Origin: Raillietiella orientalis
Lineage: Eukaryota
NCBI GenBank assembly: GCA_036172245.1
Contig: JAYWIR010000015.1
Location: forward strand, 620,001-684,000
Direction: 5' to 3'
Length of the DNA: 64,000 nt
Shown here: positions 63,701-64,000 of the stretch, piece after piece
Layout: each line of letters begins with the position of its first letter
Position numbering within the stretch: position 1 is the stretch's first letter
The notes under the pieces: model-generated
The model's database searches: none
What the model was told of the DNA's origin: nothing
The model's input: the letters and a program-made list of their open reading frames with translations, nothing else
Program-made: the position numbers and the translations under genes

Positions 63701-64000
63701 AACAGAAAAACATCTGCGTAGAGTTCCTATCCGATCGGGACGGGGATAGAGCAAGATTAATGAAGCATTAATCCTCTCGATAAGGCTGAAATCAAATTCA
63801 AGCAGCAAACCGATGATTTATAGCACGCCACAGCACGTGCAGGATGGTTCATCCCGATCGTAGGACTGATGGACCCAAACGTAGAAGACGTTTCATCATG
63901 CGAAAAGAATGCATGTTTGCGCTGTCACAGTGCCGTTACTTTGCCGTTTCGACGATCCCTCAGCGATCTGCAGTCTGTCGGATCCTGGATACGGTCTGAT

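Noticed and set aside
63724..63866. Short imperfect inverted repeats (cctatccgatcggga / tcccgatcgtagg) as MITE ends
   Set aside because: They are too short and imperfect, with no target-site duplication and no second copy in the window.

Overview
This is eukaryotic, very probably arthropod, genomic DNA: it has GT-AG introns of 41-73 nt and a TATA box paired with a TCAGTT initiator. No prokaryotic features, rRNA, intact tRNA or CRISPR array were found. Three spliced genes can be rebuilt by hand with consistent intron phases. They are a ZDHHC3/7-like palmitoyltransferase (+, 4..2252, 264 aa), a convergent icarapin-like secreted protein (-, 2800..3702, 246 aa) and an organic solute transporter alpha-like gene (-, 37445..54655, 6 coding exons, 421 aa, with 5.4 kb and 9.6 kb introns). 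Most of the remaining sequence, including most of the supplied GC-rich ORFs, reads as heavily decayed retroelements (R4/Dong-like, CR1-like, I-group RNase H LINEs, RTE-like, Ty3/Gypsy, Penelope). These were recognised by eye from the order of remnant motifs, so family labels and boundaries are approximate. The most unusual signals are an extreme local AT/GC mosaic that changes codon third positions within a single gene, a near-identical inverted repeat pair 24 kb apart, an old foldback built from gag/protease remnants, and a pre-miRNA-sized intronic hairpin. I could not support a new multi-gene system.
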